A stretch of DNA of 64,000 nt from Theionarchaea archaeon (GTDB taxonomy: Archaea; Methanobacteriota_B; Thermococci; Methanofastidiosales; SZ-28-30): contig JACVGT010000013.1 in assembly GCA_018992685.1 (NCBI GenBank), forward strand, positions 32,001 to 96,000. Direction: 5' to 3'. The position numbers and the translations under genes were made by a program. Below, in pieces: positions 47,896-58,711 of the stretch; position 1 is the first letter of the stretch; each line of letters begins with the position of its first letter. A model generated the notes under the pieces. The model made no database searches and was not told the origin of the DNA. It worked only from the letters and a program-made list of their open reading frames with translations.

Positions 47896-49833
47896 TTATT
47901 TGACACTATCTTTGATTTTTTCCACAATGGACGAATCTCGAAGTGTTGTGGTGTCGCCGAGTTCCTTTCCTTCCGCAATGTCCTTGAGCAATCGGCGCAT
48001 GATCTTTCCCGATCTGGTCTTGGGCAAATCCTCGGTGAACACAATCCAGTCTGGCCTGGCAATGGGGCCGATAACAGTGCCCACATGTTTCTTGAGATCT
48101 GCTTCCAGTTGATCGGAGTGTGAGTGCTCACCTTTGAGAATGACAAAGGCCATGATTCCCTGTCCTTTCACTTCGTGAGGTCTGGCTACAACAGCTGCCT
48201 CTGCCACGGCAGGATGGTCAACAAGCGCAGATTCGACTTCCATGGTACTGATTCTGTGGCCTGAAACATTCATCACATCGTCCACACGCCCCAATATCCA
48301 GATGTATTCATCCATGTCTTTCTTTGCTCCATCTCCAGGGAAGTAGATTTCTTTGCCGTAGCGATCCCAATAGGTCTTCACATACCGATCAGGGTCTTTG
48401 TACAACGTTCGAAGCATGGCGGGCCACGGAGTTTTCATCACCAGGTATCCACCACCTCCCGGAGGCACCGAATTTCCCTTGTCATCCAGCACATCTGCTT
48501 TCAAGCTGGGGAAGGGCCTGGTTGCACTTCCCGGCTTCAACGTGGTCACTCCAGGGAGAGGTGTGATCAAGATCATGCCTGTTTCAGTCTGCCACCAGGT
48601 ATCTACGATGGGGCAGTTGCTCTTGCCAATGGTCTCGTAGTACCACATCCAGGCAGCAGGGTTGATGGGTTCTCCCACACTTCCCAGAAGACGAAGAGTT
48701 GAGAGGTTGTGCATCTCGGGGTACTGCTTTCCCCACTGCATGAAGGCTCTGATAGCAGTAGGAGCAGTGTAGAACACAGTTACTCCATATTTCTCCACAA
48801 GATCCCAGAATCTGTCCTTGTCCGGGTAATCGGGCGCACCCTCAAACATCACACTGGTGGTGCCCAGAGCCAGGGGACCGTACACAATGTAGCTGTGCCC
48901 CGTGACCCAGCCGATGTCGGCTGTGCACCAGAAGGTATCCTCCTCCTTGAGATCAAATACCCATTTGGTGGTAGCATATACCCCGGTCAAGTAGCCTCCA
49001 GTAGTATGAACAACACCTTTTGGCTTTGCAGTTGTACCCGATGTATACAAGATGTAAAGAATATCTTCAGCATCCATGGGTTCTGCTTCACACTCAGGCG
49101 AAGCATCTTTCATGAGTTCATGCCACCACAGGTCTCGTCCTTCTGTGAAGGGTATGTTGTTTTCTGTTCGCTTCACCACAATGACATGCTCAATAGAGGG
49201 TGTTTCCTGCAATGCCTCATCTGCATTTTCCTTTAGCGAAACGACTTTTCCTCGCCTCCACCCCCCATCTGTGGTTATGAGGATCTTCGCTTCTGCATCA
49301 TTGATTCTGTCCTTCAGAGAAGTAGGAGAGAACCCTCCAAATACTATGCTGTGAGGAGCACCAATGCGGGTGCAGGCCAGCATTGCAATAGGGAGTTCAG
49401 GGACCATGGGCATGTAAATGGCTACCCGGTCTCCTTTCTTCACGCCCAATCCTTTGAGAACGTTTGCGAATTTACAGACTTCTCTATAGAGATCCCAGTA
49501 TGTGTATATTCTGGAATCGCCGGGTTCACCTTCCCAGATCAAGGCGGCCTTGTTCTTTCGAAAAGTCTGAATATGCCTGTCCAGACAGTTATAACTGACA
49601 TTGATTTTTCCATTGATGAACCATTTGGCCCACGGAGGATCCCAATCCAGGACTCTGTCCCATTTCTTGAACCAATGTAGTTCTTCTGCAAACGCGGCCC
49701 AGAATCCTTCGAAATCCTTTTCAGCTTTCTCATATATTGTGTCGTCCTTTACCCAGGCCTGTTTTTTGAAATCTTCAGGCGGGGGAAAAACATTTCCCTC
49801 TTCCAATAGTACTTCAATTGTCTCTTCTGACAT
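47896..49833 (-). CDS. acs: AMP-forming acetyl-CoA synthetase
   Basis: [38 protein letters not shown]. Confidence 0.96.
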   Translation of the reverse strand: MSEETIEVLLEEGNVFPPPEDFKKQAWVKDDTIYEKAEKDFEGFWAAFAEELHWFKKWDRVLDWDPPWAKWFINGKINVSYNCLDRHIQTFRKNKAALIWEGEPGDSRIYTYWDLYREVCKFANVLKGLGVKKGDRVAIYMPMVPELPIAMLACTRIGAPHSIVFGGFSPTSLKDRINDAEAKILITTDGGWRRGKVVSLKENADEALQETPSIEHVIVVKRTENNIPFTEGRDLWWHELMKDASPECEAEPMDAEDILYILYTSGTTAKPKGVVHTTGGYLTGVYATTKWVFDLKEEDTFWCTADIGWVTGHSYIVYGPLALGTTSVMFEGAPDYPDKDRFWDLVEKYGVTVFYTAPTAIRAFMQWGKQYPEMHNLSTLRLLGSVGEPINPAAWMWYYETIGKSNCPIVDTWWQTETGMILITPLPGVTTLKPGSATRPFPSLKADVLDDKGNSVPPGGGGYLVMKTPWPAMLRTLYKDPDRYVKTYWDRYGKEIYFPGDGAKKDMDEYIWILGRVDDVMNVSGHRISTMEVESALVDHPAVAEAAVVARPHEVKGQGIMAFVILKGEHSHSDQLEADLKKHVGTVIGPIARPDWIVFTEDLPKTRSGKIMRRLLKDIAEGKELGDTTTLRDSSIVEKIKDSVK

Positions 49834-49960
49834 TTTCTCACCTCAGATTAGCGCAAGGCTATACATAGTTGATCTATGAATTACTTTTAAATGTTGTGGT
49901 ATGTAAACTCTGTCTTCAACGAGCTACTGCATCACTGGATGACCCTCGTCACCTGGTAAA

Positions 49961-50908
49961 TCAGGGCGAGGGAATGGCGAGATCCGCGGGGCCTTGCTTC
50001 GATAGGATCAGATCCGGGTGAATCTTTTCCACAAAATCTCGCATTATTTCTGCAAACTTGACCTTCTCCCTGGCGAACTTGGCAAGAAACTCTTCTGCAG
50101 TCCAGGGTTTGTAGATACCTCCTCCTGCTGCTAGGGCAGTGCCAGGTTCTATTTTGAAGTAACAGGGTGCCGTCACCCTGGCGAGCTCTGGTGTCTCCCA
50201 CATTCTGTTGTACCCGCCAAAAGACTCTGACAGCATCACGTGGATGTCCACTGGAATCTTCACTGCCTTTCTGATGGCAGCAAACATGGGGAGACTCAAA
50301 TCGCCAAGTGGATTGAACGTATTTGCACCTAGTGACTCCAGGACCTTCCCTCCAGCACCACTTGCATGACCTGCGTAGATGGAAACCTTGAATATTGTGT
50401 CCTTTGGCACGATGCCGTCTTCCCGCAACTTGGAAAGCAGCCAGAGTGCTCCCTCATCCATAACCAGGAAGCCTCTGAACCCCAGTTCAACGCAGCGCAC
50501 AATATCTGCTACCAAGTATGACAAGTTGTCGCTCCCCCGGATTCTTGCTCCGGACAGACCTCCTTCTGGTGTAACCAGCTGTCGGCCTGTGTCCCAGCTG
50601 CTACGCGGTCCCGGTGTAAGAACCACTTCCATTTTCTTTTCCTTGGCCAGCCGGGCAAATTGAATCAGCTCCTCATCATCCAGGAGCGTCGAACCCATAA
50701 CCACGCTGATCAGCCGGTGTATGGGCACGTCACGTTTCTCCATTTCATCAACAAGAGCTTCCAACGTGGAAAGGTGTTCAACTCCAGAAATCTCCATGCG
50801 GTAGTGAGCACCATCAGGGAATTTCAAGGGAGAAGATGGTAGTTCGTACAAATCTCTCCCTGGAATTCCATGTTTTTCCATAGCACTCCTAATTTTCTGA
50901 ATGTCCAT
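49961..50908 (-). CDS. Uncharacterised TIM-barrel protein (peptidase U32-like)
   Basis: GFRGFLV.DEG, FKVS, GANTFNP..DLSL, P.YFK; GGAGGA SD before ATG 50908. Confidence 0.6.
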   Translation of the reverse strand: MDIQKIRSAMEKHGIPGRDLYELPSSPLKFPDGAHYRMEISGVEHLSTLEALVDEMEKRDVPIHRLISVVMGSTLLDDEELIQFARLAKEKKMEVVLTPGPRSSWDTGRQLVTPEGGLSGARIRGSDNLSYLVADIVRCVELGFRGFLVMDEGALWLLSKLREDGIVPKDTIFKVSIYAGHASGAGGKVLESLGANTFNPLGDLSLPMFAAIRKAVKIPVDIHVMLSESFGGYNRMWETPELARVTAPCYFKIEPGTALAAGGGIYKPWTAEEFLAKFAREKVKFAEIMRDFVEKIHPDLILSKQGPADLAIPSP

Positions 50909-51755
50909 CTGAATTCCTCCTCTACGACCTTTATTTCTCAATATGAATGTGTGAAAGTTTTTTACCTTAAATAATTATCGGATCACGTGGGTTCTGAGTT
51001 TTCCCCGCTCTGCATTCCGTACAGCGCAAATAGGGTATAATATTCACCTTTTCTCTGCGTCAAAAAGCTGCTGGGAAATTCATTCCAAGAGTCTAAAAGT
51101 ATCCATCCAGGACTTCCCACATATGAAAAGCAAAAGAAATAATAGGAATGCTCCCTGGAGAGGAGCATTCCCTCAGTTCTTCCTCATCCTTCACCTCCCT
51201 GGGCAGAGACCAAATCATAATGGTGATTGTGATTTGAAAAGGGACAGGCCTTCTCGTCTTACCTTTGGAGGGAATTTCTTCCTTTCAAAGAAGAAATACT
51301 CCTAAGCATCTTTCCTTCTTACTAAATATAGGCCTGTCGTTGCTTTATAAAGTTTTCCACTCTAGAATTCTAGGGAAAACTTACTTGGGAAATCCGCGAG
51401 AAATTTATAGGCTTTTGTAAAAACTCCTTATAAGTCTTCCAGTCAATCTTTAATTTTTACAAGCAAACTAGAAATATTCCCGAGCATAATGTGGCAATTC
51501 CGTGGAGAGCTTTGGGATAATCAGTGCTCTAGAACCCTACGTTCTCTCCGGTTGCCTTTTCGGACTGTATTTTCGATTTAACGGAAAGATCACAGAAGAT
51601 TAAATTTTTGATTAGATAAAACGCCAAATTTTTTGTTTTAATTTCTCCAGGTGCCAGCAACCAAAGAAGTGACTCCACTTCAACGTCGACTTTGATCTCG
51701 GCGAAAATCTTTTAAGGAACTGGGATAGAGTGAGGAAAGAGTACGAGGTGGTATC

Positions 51756-52184
51756 ATGAACATTCAAGGATATGAACTCCCTGATGATCTCTACTACGAA
51801 GAACATCACTACTGGGCACGGGTGGAAGGAGCCCTTATAGTTGTTGGAGCTACTGATTATACACAGAAAGCGGCAGGAGACTTTGTATTTGTGGAACTGC
51901 CCTATGAAGGGGACAAAGTGGAGCAGGGAAAGCCCTTTGCTACAATAGAATCTGGGAAATGGACAGGGAGAATATACGCTCCTGTCTCAGGAGAAGTCGC
52001 TGAAGTCAACGAAGATTTGGAGGATGATTACACAAAAATAAACCAGGATCCCTATGGGGAAGGCTGGATTATTAAGATCAAGCCTTCAAATCTGGATGCA
52101 GACCTAAAAACCCTGCTTCATGAGAAAAAAGAAGTAGAAGAGTGGATGAAGAAGGAGATCGAAATCCACAAGACCGAAGTCTAA
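51756..52184 (+). CDS. gcvH: Glycine cleavage H / lipoyl-carrier protein
   Basis: LYY...H.W, G.TDY.Q...GD..FVELP, IESGKW lipoyl Lys, IN.DPYGEGW. Confidence 0.88.
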   Translation: MNIQGYELPDDLYYEEHHYWARVEGALIVVGATDYTQKAAGDFVFVELPYEGDKVEQGKPFATIESGKWTGRIYAPVSGEVAEVNEDLEDDYTKINQDPYGEGWIIKIKPSNLDADLKTLLHEKKEVEEWMKKEIEIHKTEV

Positions 52185-52366
52185 CTCTTTTTTCACTTTT
52201 TATTTTTGATCATGCTGATTCTTTCCTCTGAAGAAAGCTCCAGGGTCCTGACTTCTTACCTGGACCATACCTTCCCCATTATCCATCCCAGCGGAGAAAT
52301 GAGGATGTCTCAAACCGTAGAAAACTATAAAAAGGAAAACCAAGATTATAAGTGGAGGTTGTTCAT

Positions 52367-52876
52367 ATGGCCGAATTGCTGGTAAGGGACGCAATGACTG
52401 AAAGCTACGTGAAACTTAGTCCTAGAACCATTTCCAGTGAAGCTGCACGGATTATGGCAGATTCAGATGCAGATTGTATCCTCGTTATTAGAGAGGGATC
52501 TCCAGCGGGGATCGTAACTGCCTCAGATTTCTTGCGCCGTGTGGTAGCTGAAGGGAAAAATGCCAGCGAAATTCTTTTGAAGGACATAATGTCTTCACCG
52601 GTTGTTACTATTGATCCCAACAAGACCTTGGCTGAAGCATCAAACAGACTGTCTGCAAATGGCGTGAAGAGACTCATTGTAATGGACGGAACCATGGTGG
52701 CTGGAGTGCTAACGTCGGTTGATATCCTGTTCTATGCTGAAGATCTGGGAGAAGCTGAGGAAGAACGTGAGGTAGGACCCAGCATGTGTGAGATATGCGG
52801 TGGCTACTTTGAAGTACTGACCGAATTTGATGGGAAATTTGTCTGTGAAGACTGCATGGAGCTGCTCGAAGGGTGA
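52367..52876 (+). CDS. CBS-pair protein with C-terminal Zn ribbon
   Basis: Two CBS motifs; CEICG...CEDC. Confidence 0.87.
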   Translation: MAELLVRDAMTESYVKLSPRTISSEAARIMADSDADCILVIREGSPAGIVTASDFLRRVVAEGKNASEILLKDIMSSPVVTIDPNKTLAEASNRLSANGVKRLIVMDGTMVAGVLTSVDILFYAEDLGEAEEEREVGPSMCEICGGYFEVLTEFDGKFVCEDCMELLEG

Positions 52877-52880
52877 AATT

Positions 52881-53645
52881 ATGCAGGTACACGAAATCAT
52901 GAAGGAGCCAGCAGTAGTAGGACCTGAAGATTTTGCTACGAGAGTCAGAGCGTTGTTACGGGATAAGACTAGAATTGCTCTGGTAAAAGAAGATGCTAAG
53001 TTTCTGGGAATTATCACTCGGAAAGATATCATGCTGGTAACCTCAACAAAATCCAACCTCAAGGCCAGAGAAATCATGTCGACGCCTATGCTGACGTTCA
53101 GGCCTGATGAGGAAGTTCACGAAGCAGGCAGGAAAATGATTGAGATGGACGTGTATTCCTCCCCAGTCATGGAGGATGCTTCTGTTTTGGGAATTGTGCA
53201 CATGGAAGAGATTCTGCAGAGTGTATACCGCCCCACATCAAAAAAAGTTATAGACATCATGACGACTGAGGTGGTATCCTGTGATACATCTGAAAATGTC
53301 ATAAAAGTATGGAATCTCATGAAGTACCACGATTTTACTGGGCTCCCTGTGACCAGAGAAGTGTCCACCTCTCGTCGTCGATACAAAAAACTTGAAGGAT
53401 TCGTCACAAGAAAGGATATTCTTCGCAGTGGAACCATCAGGCCAGGAGAAGAAGTCCATTCCCGCCCCCCTGCCATCGAGAAGGCCATGACCCGTACTCC
53501 AAAGTACGTGCGTCCTCATGATTCAGTTGATGCCTGTGTAAACCTGTTCAAGAAGCACGATATTGGTAGACTACCCGTAATACGTGATGGGTATGAACTG
53601 ATTGGAATTGTAGATAGAGAAGACGTCTTGACCCTGTACGTGTAG
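52881..53645 (+). CDS. Four-CBS domain protein
   Basis: Repeated LPV/GI(I/V)...D motifs. Confidence 0.87.
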   Translation: MQVHEIMKEPAVVGPEDFATRVRALLRDKTRIALVKEDAKFLGIITRKDIMLVTSTKSNLKAREIMSTPMLTFRPDEEVHEAGRKMIEMDVYSSPVMEDASVLGIVHMEEILQSVYRPTSKKVIDIMTTEVVSCDTSENVIKVWNLMKYHDFTGLPVTREVSTSRRRYKKLEGFVTRKDILRSGTIRPGEEVHSRPPAIEKAMTRTPKYVRPHDSVDACVNLFKKHDIGRLPVIRDGYELIGIVDREDVLTLYV

Positions 53646-53656
53646 GAGGAATTAAA

Positions 53657-54538
53657 ATGAAAAGAACGATCCAAGGAAAGCTTGACCGGGGGCCACGCGA
53701 GTTCGAGACCCGGGTACATGAGCATGAGGGAGAAGTAATGGGTATTGCGCGAAGAAACGTGATCACTGTTCCCCCCACCATTTCAATCAAAGGAGCTGCA
53801 GAAACCATGGCTTCTTACAAGACCAGGAGACTGCCAATTACCCATCCTGGTACAGGTAAGATCGAAGGTATTATAATCAGCAGAGATATCATCAATTTCC
53901 TGGGTGGTGGAGAGAAAAACAGAATTATTTCAGAAAAGTACTATGGGAATTTATTTGCTGCGATTAATGATTCTATCCGCGACATCATGAGCCGTGATGT
54001 TATCACAGTGAAGAATTCTGCCTCCATTGATGAAGTCGTCAGGGAAATGAAAGAAAAGAATGTCGGGGGATTTCCAGTTGTAAATGCTGAATATCAGGTG
54101 GTGGGTATCATCGAGGAGAAGGACCTGGTGCGGCAGATTGCAGGAACAATCACCGGTGAACTGGTGGGGGATAGAATGACCACCAATCCCATAGCCATTA
54201 CCCCAGGAACCACCATCAGAGATACCAATAGGTTCATGATCGCCAATGACATCAGGAGACTCCCTGTTGTGAGTGAGGGCGAATTGGTGGGATTAATAAC
54301 CACCACAGACATTTTGCGCTATTTTGCCTCCAATGAGATGTTTAGACAAATGAAGGGAGATCCGCTGTCACTTCGCATACGAGAGGTCATGGTATCTGAT
54401 ATGAAGACCATATCTCCCAGGGAAGACGTGGGAAAGGCTGTCCAGGTCATGAAGGATAGTGATGTGGGGTGCCTGCTGGTCATGGATGGAGGCCTGGTGG
54501 GAATGCTCACTGAACGAGATATCCTGGGATTGTTTTAG
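53657..54538 (+). CDS. Four-CBS domain protein (MJ1225-like)
   Basis: RRLPI, DIINFLGGGEK, AAIND, repeated CBS motifs. Confidence 0.88.
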   Translation: MKRTIQGKLDRGPREFETRVHEHEGEVMGIARRNVITVPPTISIKGAAETMASYKTRRLPITHPGTGKIEGIIISRDIINFLGGGEKNRIISEKYYGNLFAAINDSIRDIMSRDVITVKNSASIDEVVREMKEKNVGGFPVVNAEYQVVGIIEEKDLVRQIAGTITGELVGDRMTTNPIAITPGTTIRDTNRFMIANDIRRLPVVSEGELVGLITTTDILRYFASNEMFRQMKGDPLSLRIREVMVSDMKTISPREDVGKAVQVMKDSDVGCLLVMDGGLVGMLTERDILGLF

Positions 54539-54547
54539 GGTGGTACC

Positions 54548-55315
54548 ATGCACATTAGAGAAATCATGAAAGAACCTATTCATGTTGACAAGGATCAAAG
54601 GCTTTCTCACGCAATAGACCTTTTCAATAAGCACAATATCGCCCGTCTGCCCGTTCTTGAAGGTGGTGATCTGGTGGGGATCGTGACGCAGAGAGATGTC
54701 ATGGATAAGATCGGATACTTCAAAGAGGATCTGAAAGTATCCACCTATCATATATCCACCTGCATGACAAAAGATCCCTACACTCTCAGCCCTTCAGACC
54801 CTGTTGAAAATGCAATTACGATCTTCCGCAGGCGCAAGATCTCAGGAATACCCATTGTGGATGAGCAGCTCGTAGGGATGGTCACCAAACTGGATGTAAT
54901 CCAACAATGCAGGTACGCTGGGAATGTAGCAGATTGTTATACACCCCAATTCGTGTCTGTATCTGCCAGTGAAAGGGTTGTACATGCCCGGATGCTTATG
55001 CTCAGGCATAATGAACGCTGTTTCCCTGTTGTTGATAATACCCTTGAAGGAGTCATTACAACGGGAGATGTGGTCTACGAGCTGTACAAATTCATGGACT
55101 CGGTTGACAGGCATCAGAGCTCTCTGGTGAGAAATCTCAGTGTGGAGGAGGCCATGAATCAGAACCCTGTGACTACTGCTCCCTGGGTGGAACTGGAAAC
55201 AGTGAAGAAAATAATGGTCAGTGATAATCTTTCCACACTGCCAGTTGTAACTGAAGAGTCCGAGGTGTTGGGGCTGATATCAAAAGACGAAATGATGCAG
55301 ACGCTTGAAGTATAG
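54548..55315 (+). CDS. Four-CBS domain protein
   Basis: Repeated CBS motifs; VHARMLM. Confidence 0.87.
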   Translation: MHIREIMKEPIHVDKDQRLSHAIDLFNKHNIARLPVLEGGDLVGIVTQRDVMDKIGYFKEDLKVSTYHISTCMTKDPYTLSPSDPVENAITIFRRRKISGIPIVDEQLVGMVTKLDVIQQCRYAGNVADCYTPQFVSVSASERVVHARMLMLRHNERCFPVVDNTLEGVITTGDVVYELYKFMDSVDRHQSSLVRNLSVEEAMNQNPVTTAPWVELETVKKIMVSDNLSTLPVVTEESEVLGLISKDEMMQTLEV

Positions 55316-55420
55316 CTTTTTGCCCCTCATTAAGGAAAGTCTTTTAAGCCTCTCTTTCTGAGAGCTGTTCAGGAGATGAGGTTGATATGCCTGTCTTTGT
55401 AAAGAGCGGAGGCGAGGCTG

Positions 55421-56386
55421 TTGCCTACCAGCCTTGAAGCTAAAATGAGGCACTACAGGATGATCTATGAAATTCTGTGGTTCCAGACACCACGAATCCC
55501 TGTTAAAGATATTTCTTCCGTGCTTCACGTTGACCCCAGAACTGCTAACAGAAGGATGAAAGAAGCAGTCACCCAAGGATATCTTGCAGGACCTCAAATC
55601 AGAAAACGCTCTTATGCGAATATGAAAGAGTATATGTACTTCATTTCCTGTGAAAATCCTTTCCCCAGGTACCTGAGCTACAGCAAGGATGAACAGGTAG
55701 TTTACCATGCTAGAATGGCTGGGTTTGCCAGTTTGTGGGTAATCTCCAAGGCCCCTCTGGACATCAAAGACGCCATAGTACTGGAAGGATACCGATCTGA
55801 CTACCACCTTTCATGCCCTCCTGACCAATCATGGGAACACGCAGTGGAGATCATGACGTCTTCCATAGAAACCTGTGACCTCCACAGATGGCAGCCCAAG
55901 GGAATTCTCAGCAATCGTTGGGACACGCATGTCCAGTGGGACGAGGAAGATGAGTCTTTATACAAGTATTTTAAGTACAACTTGAGGAAACCCTTTTCTC
56001 CCGTAATGAGGAAACATCTCATCAGCTCCGGGAAAATATATTCATTTCTTGAAAAGCTGCCTTCCTGCTGCACTCTGGTTACCAGTTATTTCCCGGAAGG
56101 AGTAGCTGCATACGACCCTTACCTTTTCATGTTTGAAACGGAGTATGAAGATTTCGTCATTGACGTGTTCTCCCAGCTTCCTACATCTTGCTTTTTCTTC
56201 AAGGTCTCGGGCAGGCTATTCTTGTTGGCGTATGTGAAGCGTCATCTCCTCAGGTATGATGGTCTCACCATTTCTGACATAGGCCAGTTGCAGATTCCCA
56301 TTCTGGTAAAGGCTCTCATGGACGAAGGAATCATCACGAGTGAAGATCACGCCATAGTGGAATATCACTGGGCAAAAGATTTGTAA
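55421..56386 (+). CDS. Hypothetical protein with duplicated HTH-like modules
   Basis: KDISSVLHVDPRTANRRMKEA HTH; second helix pair near KPFSPVMRKHLISSGK; start uncertain. Confidence 0.6.
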   Translation: MPTSLEAKMRHYRMIYEILWFQTPRIPVKDISSVLHVDPRTANRRMKEAVTQGYLAGPQIRKRSYANMKEYMYFISCENPFPRYLSYSKDEQVVYHARMAGFASLWVISKAPLDIKDAIVLEGYRSDYHLSCPPDQSWEHAVEIMTSSIETCDLHRWQPKGILSNRWDTHVQWDEEDESLYKYFKYNLRKPFSPVMRKHLISSGKIYSFLEKLPSCCTLVTSYFPEGVAAYDPYLFMFETEYEDFVIDVFSQLPTSCFFFKVSGRLFLLAYVKRHLLRYDGLTISDIGQLQIPILVKALMDEGIITSEDHAIVEYHWAKDL

Positions 56387-56419
56387 ATCCTAAATCCAGA
56401 ATGCCCATGATGCCTACTG

Positions 56420-57880
56420 TTACATGAACTTTCTCTTTACGATGAGCCTCAGCAGCATGAGTACAGGGATGATCTCCAGTCTTCCGATCCACATGTTGAA
56501 CATAAGGGTGACTTTATTGAGTGTCCCCATCCAGGGGCCAGTGATTCCTGTGGACAGTCCAACATTTCCCTGAGCTGATGCCACCTCAAAGATTGCATCT
56601 CCCAGAGTGTATTGAGGAGGAATGGTCTGCAAAAGCACCAGAACTCCCATGAGCAGAAAGAAAAGCCACAAGAATGAAATAAGGCCAGCTTCTGCCACTT
56701 CTTCATTTGCCTCATCCAATGATAGTGATTTTGAACCCAGCTTGTAGGAGATGACTGCAGCGGGAGAGAGAGAAACCTTCCTGAACTTCCATACCACTCC
56801 TTTGTATAGAAGGATTACCCTAATCAGTTTTATTCCTCCCACTGTAGAACCTGCTGCACCTCCTATGATCATGGCCAGAGAGAGGAGGAGTTTGGAGGAC
56901 TCACTCCATGCGTGAACGTTGGTCGTCTGAAATCCAGTACATGTCAACGCAGAAATGAACTGAAAACTGGAAAATCTGAAAGATGTGGGGGCAGCAGCAT
57001 ATGTCTGCATATTCACATACGTTATGAAGGCAATGGCTGTTCCAGCAATCAGGAAAAAGGCTCTGTTCTGAGGATCGGTAAAGAATACTCTGTAATTAAC
57101 CCTGATCATCCGATAATGAATCACGAAAGATACTGCACCTGCTATCATGATTGGGATGAGCGCATAGTCAATGAGGGGAGAATCATAGGTGCCGATGCTG
57201 TTGTCCACAACAGAGAACCCTCCTGTGGCAATGCCAGTCATGGCATGATTTATGGCATCCCACAGAGGCATCCGACATAACCACAGCACGAATACGCCCA
57301 AAACAGTATATATGAGGAATATCTTCCAGATGGTTTTCACTGTTGACACAATTGAAGGATGAATTTTCTCTACCCGACCCTCTGATTTGTACAGTGAGTA
57401 GGCTCCTGTCCCAGGCCTGGCCAGAATGGATATCATGAGCACGATGACGCCTACTCCTCCGATCCACTGCATGAGAGACCTCCAGAACTGGATGCTGTGA
57501 GACAAGAGGTCTTCCCTGATTACCATGGTCAACCCAGTCCCGCTCCATCCAGACATACATTCAAACATGCAGTCAACAAACGGCATCTTCTCTATGAAAA
57601 AAATCGGTATTGTGCTGTACAGGGGGACAATAACCCATGCCAGAGCTGCCACGATCATGGCATGCCTGATCTTTGGCTCTTCTTCCACTCGTACTGAAAG
57701 CAGGGCATGTGAAGACAGAAATGCCACTCCACTGGTTATCAGAAAGTACAAAATTGCGTGGAATTCCCCAAATATCACAGGCACAATTGCAGCGAAGAAA
57801 GCCACAAAGGAGAATATGCGCAGGACTCTGCCAAGCTCTTCAAGGATAATTCTAGCATCAGAGGCAAGAATCCCCTTCAT
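56420..57880 (-). CDS. trkH: TrkH potassium uptake membrane protein
   Basis: Four pore loops (SGTGL, ATGGF, TCTGF, GNVGL); GSTVGGIK; GRLEI. Confidence 0.92.
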   Translation of the reverse strand: MKGILASDARIILEELGRVLRIFSFVAFFAAIVPVIFGEFHAILYFLITSGVAFLSSHALLSVRVEEEPKIRHAMIVAALAWVIVPLYSTIPIFFIEKMPFVDCMFECMSGWSGTGLTMVIREDLLSHSIQFWRSLMQWIGGVGVIVLMISILARPGTGAYSLYKSEGRVEKIHPSIVSTVKTIWKIFLIYTVLGVFVLWLCRMPLWDAINHAMTGIATGGFSVVDNSIGTYDSPLIDYALIPIMIAGAVSFVIHYRMIRVNYRVFFTDPQNRAFFLIAGTAIAFITYVNMQTYAAAPTSFRFSSFQFISALTCTGFQTTNVHAWSESSKLLLSLAMIIGGAAGSTVGGIKLIRVILLYKGVVWKFRKVSLSPAAVISYKLGSKSLSLDEANEEVAEAGLISFLWLFFLLMGVLVLLQTIPPQYTLGDAIFEVASAQGNVGLSTGITGPWMGTLNKVTLMFNMWIGRLEIIPVLMLLRLIVKRKFM

Positions 57881-57884
57881 GGGA

Positions 57885-58541
57885 TCATCCCGTAAATAGC
57901 TTCGTTGTCTCTTCAATCTTCTTGGCCAGAACGAACACTGTAACTCTGTCCCCTTCCATTATGATGGTATCACCTCGTGGAATGATAATTTCATCATCGC
58001 GGGTAATGGCTACTATCAAGGCATCTTTCTGGGCCAATCTCAGGCTGTCCAGCGTTTTATCCACCACGGAAGCTTTATCTGTAACCACAATTTCGAAAAT
58101 CTCCGCCTCTCCACCTCCAATGCTCATAAAATCTCTGATGGATGGCCTCTGAAGTATACGGTATAAATACTCAGCTACTGCTGACGCAGGATTCTCCATG
58201 ACATTTGCTCCAATCCTTCTGAACATCAGTGCGTGCTCGGGTTGGGAAACTAGGGACACGAGTGACTGGATCTTCAATTCCTTGCCCACCAGAACGGTAA
58301 GAAGATTTACTGCATCATCTTTTGTAGTGGCAGCCAGGGCATCGGCTCTGCGGGCTCCTGCATCCTCCAGGATGGATCTGATAGTAGAATCCCCACATAT
58401 CGCCATTATGTCGTATTTCTCTGTAATCTCACTGCACCTGTCCTCGTCCTTATCCACAATCACAGTATTGTGTCCTCTTTCTGCGGCAATCTTCACAAGG
58501 CTCTCGCCTATTCTTCCAGCTCCGACCACAATTATATACAT
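57885..58541 (-). CDS. trkA: TrkA RCK regulatory subunit
   Basis: VVGAGRIG, D..N, RCK_C IIIPRGDT. Confidence 0.9.
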   Translation of the reverse strand: MYIIVVGAGRIGESLVKIAAERGHNTVIVDKDEDRCSEITEKYDIMAICGDSTIRSILEDAGARRADALAATTKDDAVNLLTVLVGKELKIQSLVSLVSQPEHALMFRRIGANVMENPASAVAEYLYRILQRPSIRDFMSIGGGEAEIFEIVVTDKASVVDKTLDSLRLAQKDALIVAITRDDEIIIPRGDTIIMEGDRVTVFVLAKKIEETTKLFTG

Positions 58542-58711
58542 CACAGTGGCATGAATCAGGAAACTTATAAAGGTAAGGTTTCTAGAGAGAAAGAGGTCAA
58601 TGTGTTGACCAAGGACACCGTGCTGAACAGGAACCCTCATAAACAACGGGTCAGCAACGTGAGTATGACTTCCCGCGAACCTACAAGGATATTCACATGG
58701 AGATGGCTTGC

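Noticed and set aside
51100-51187. Selenocysteine readthrough of UGA followed by a hairpin (also considered at 13974)
   Set aside because: Extended peptides show no redox motif, no archaeal SECIS consensus is present, and there are no Sec genes in the window.
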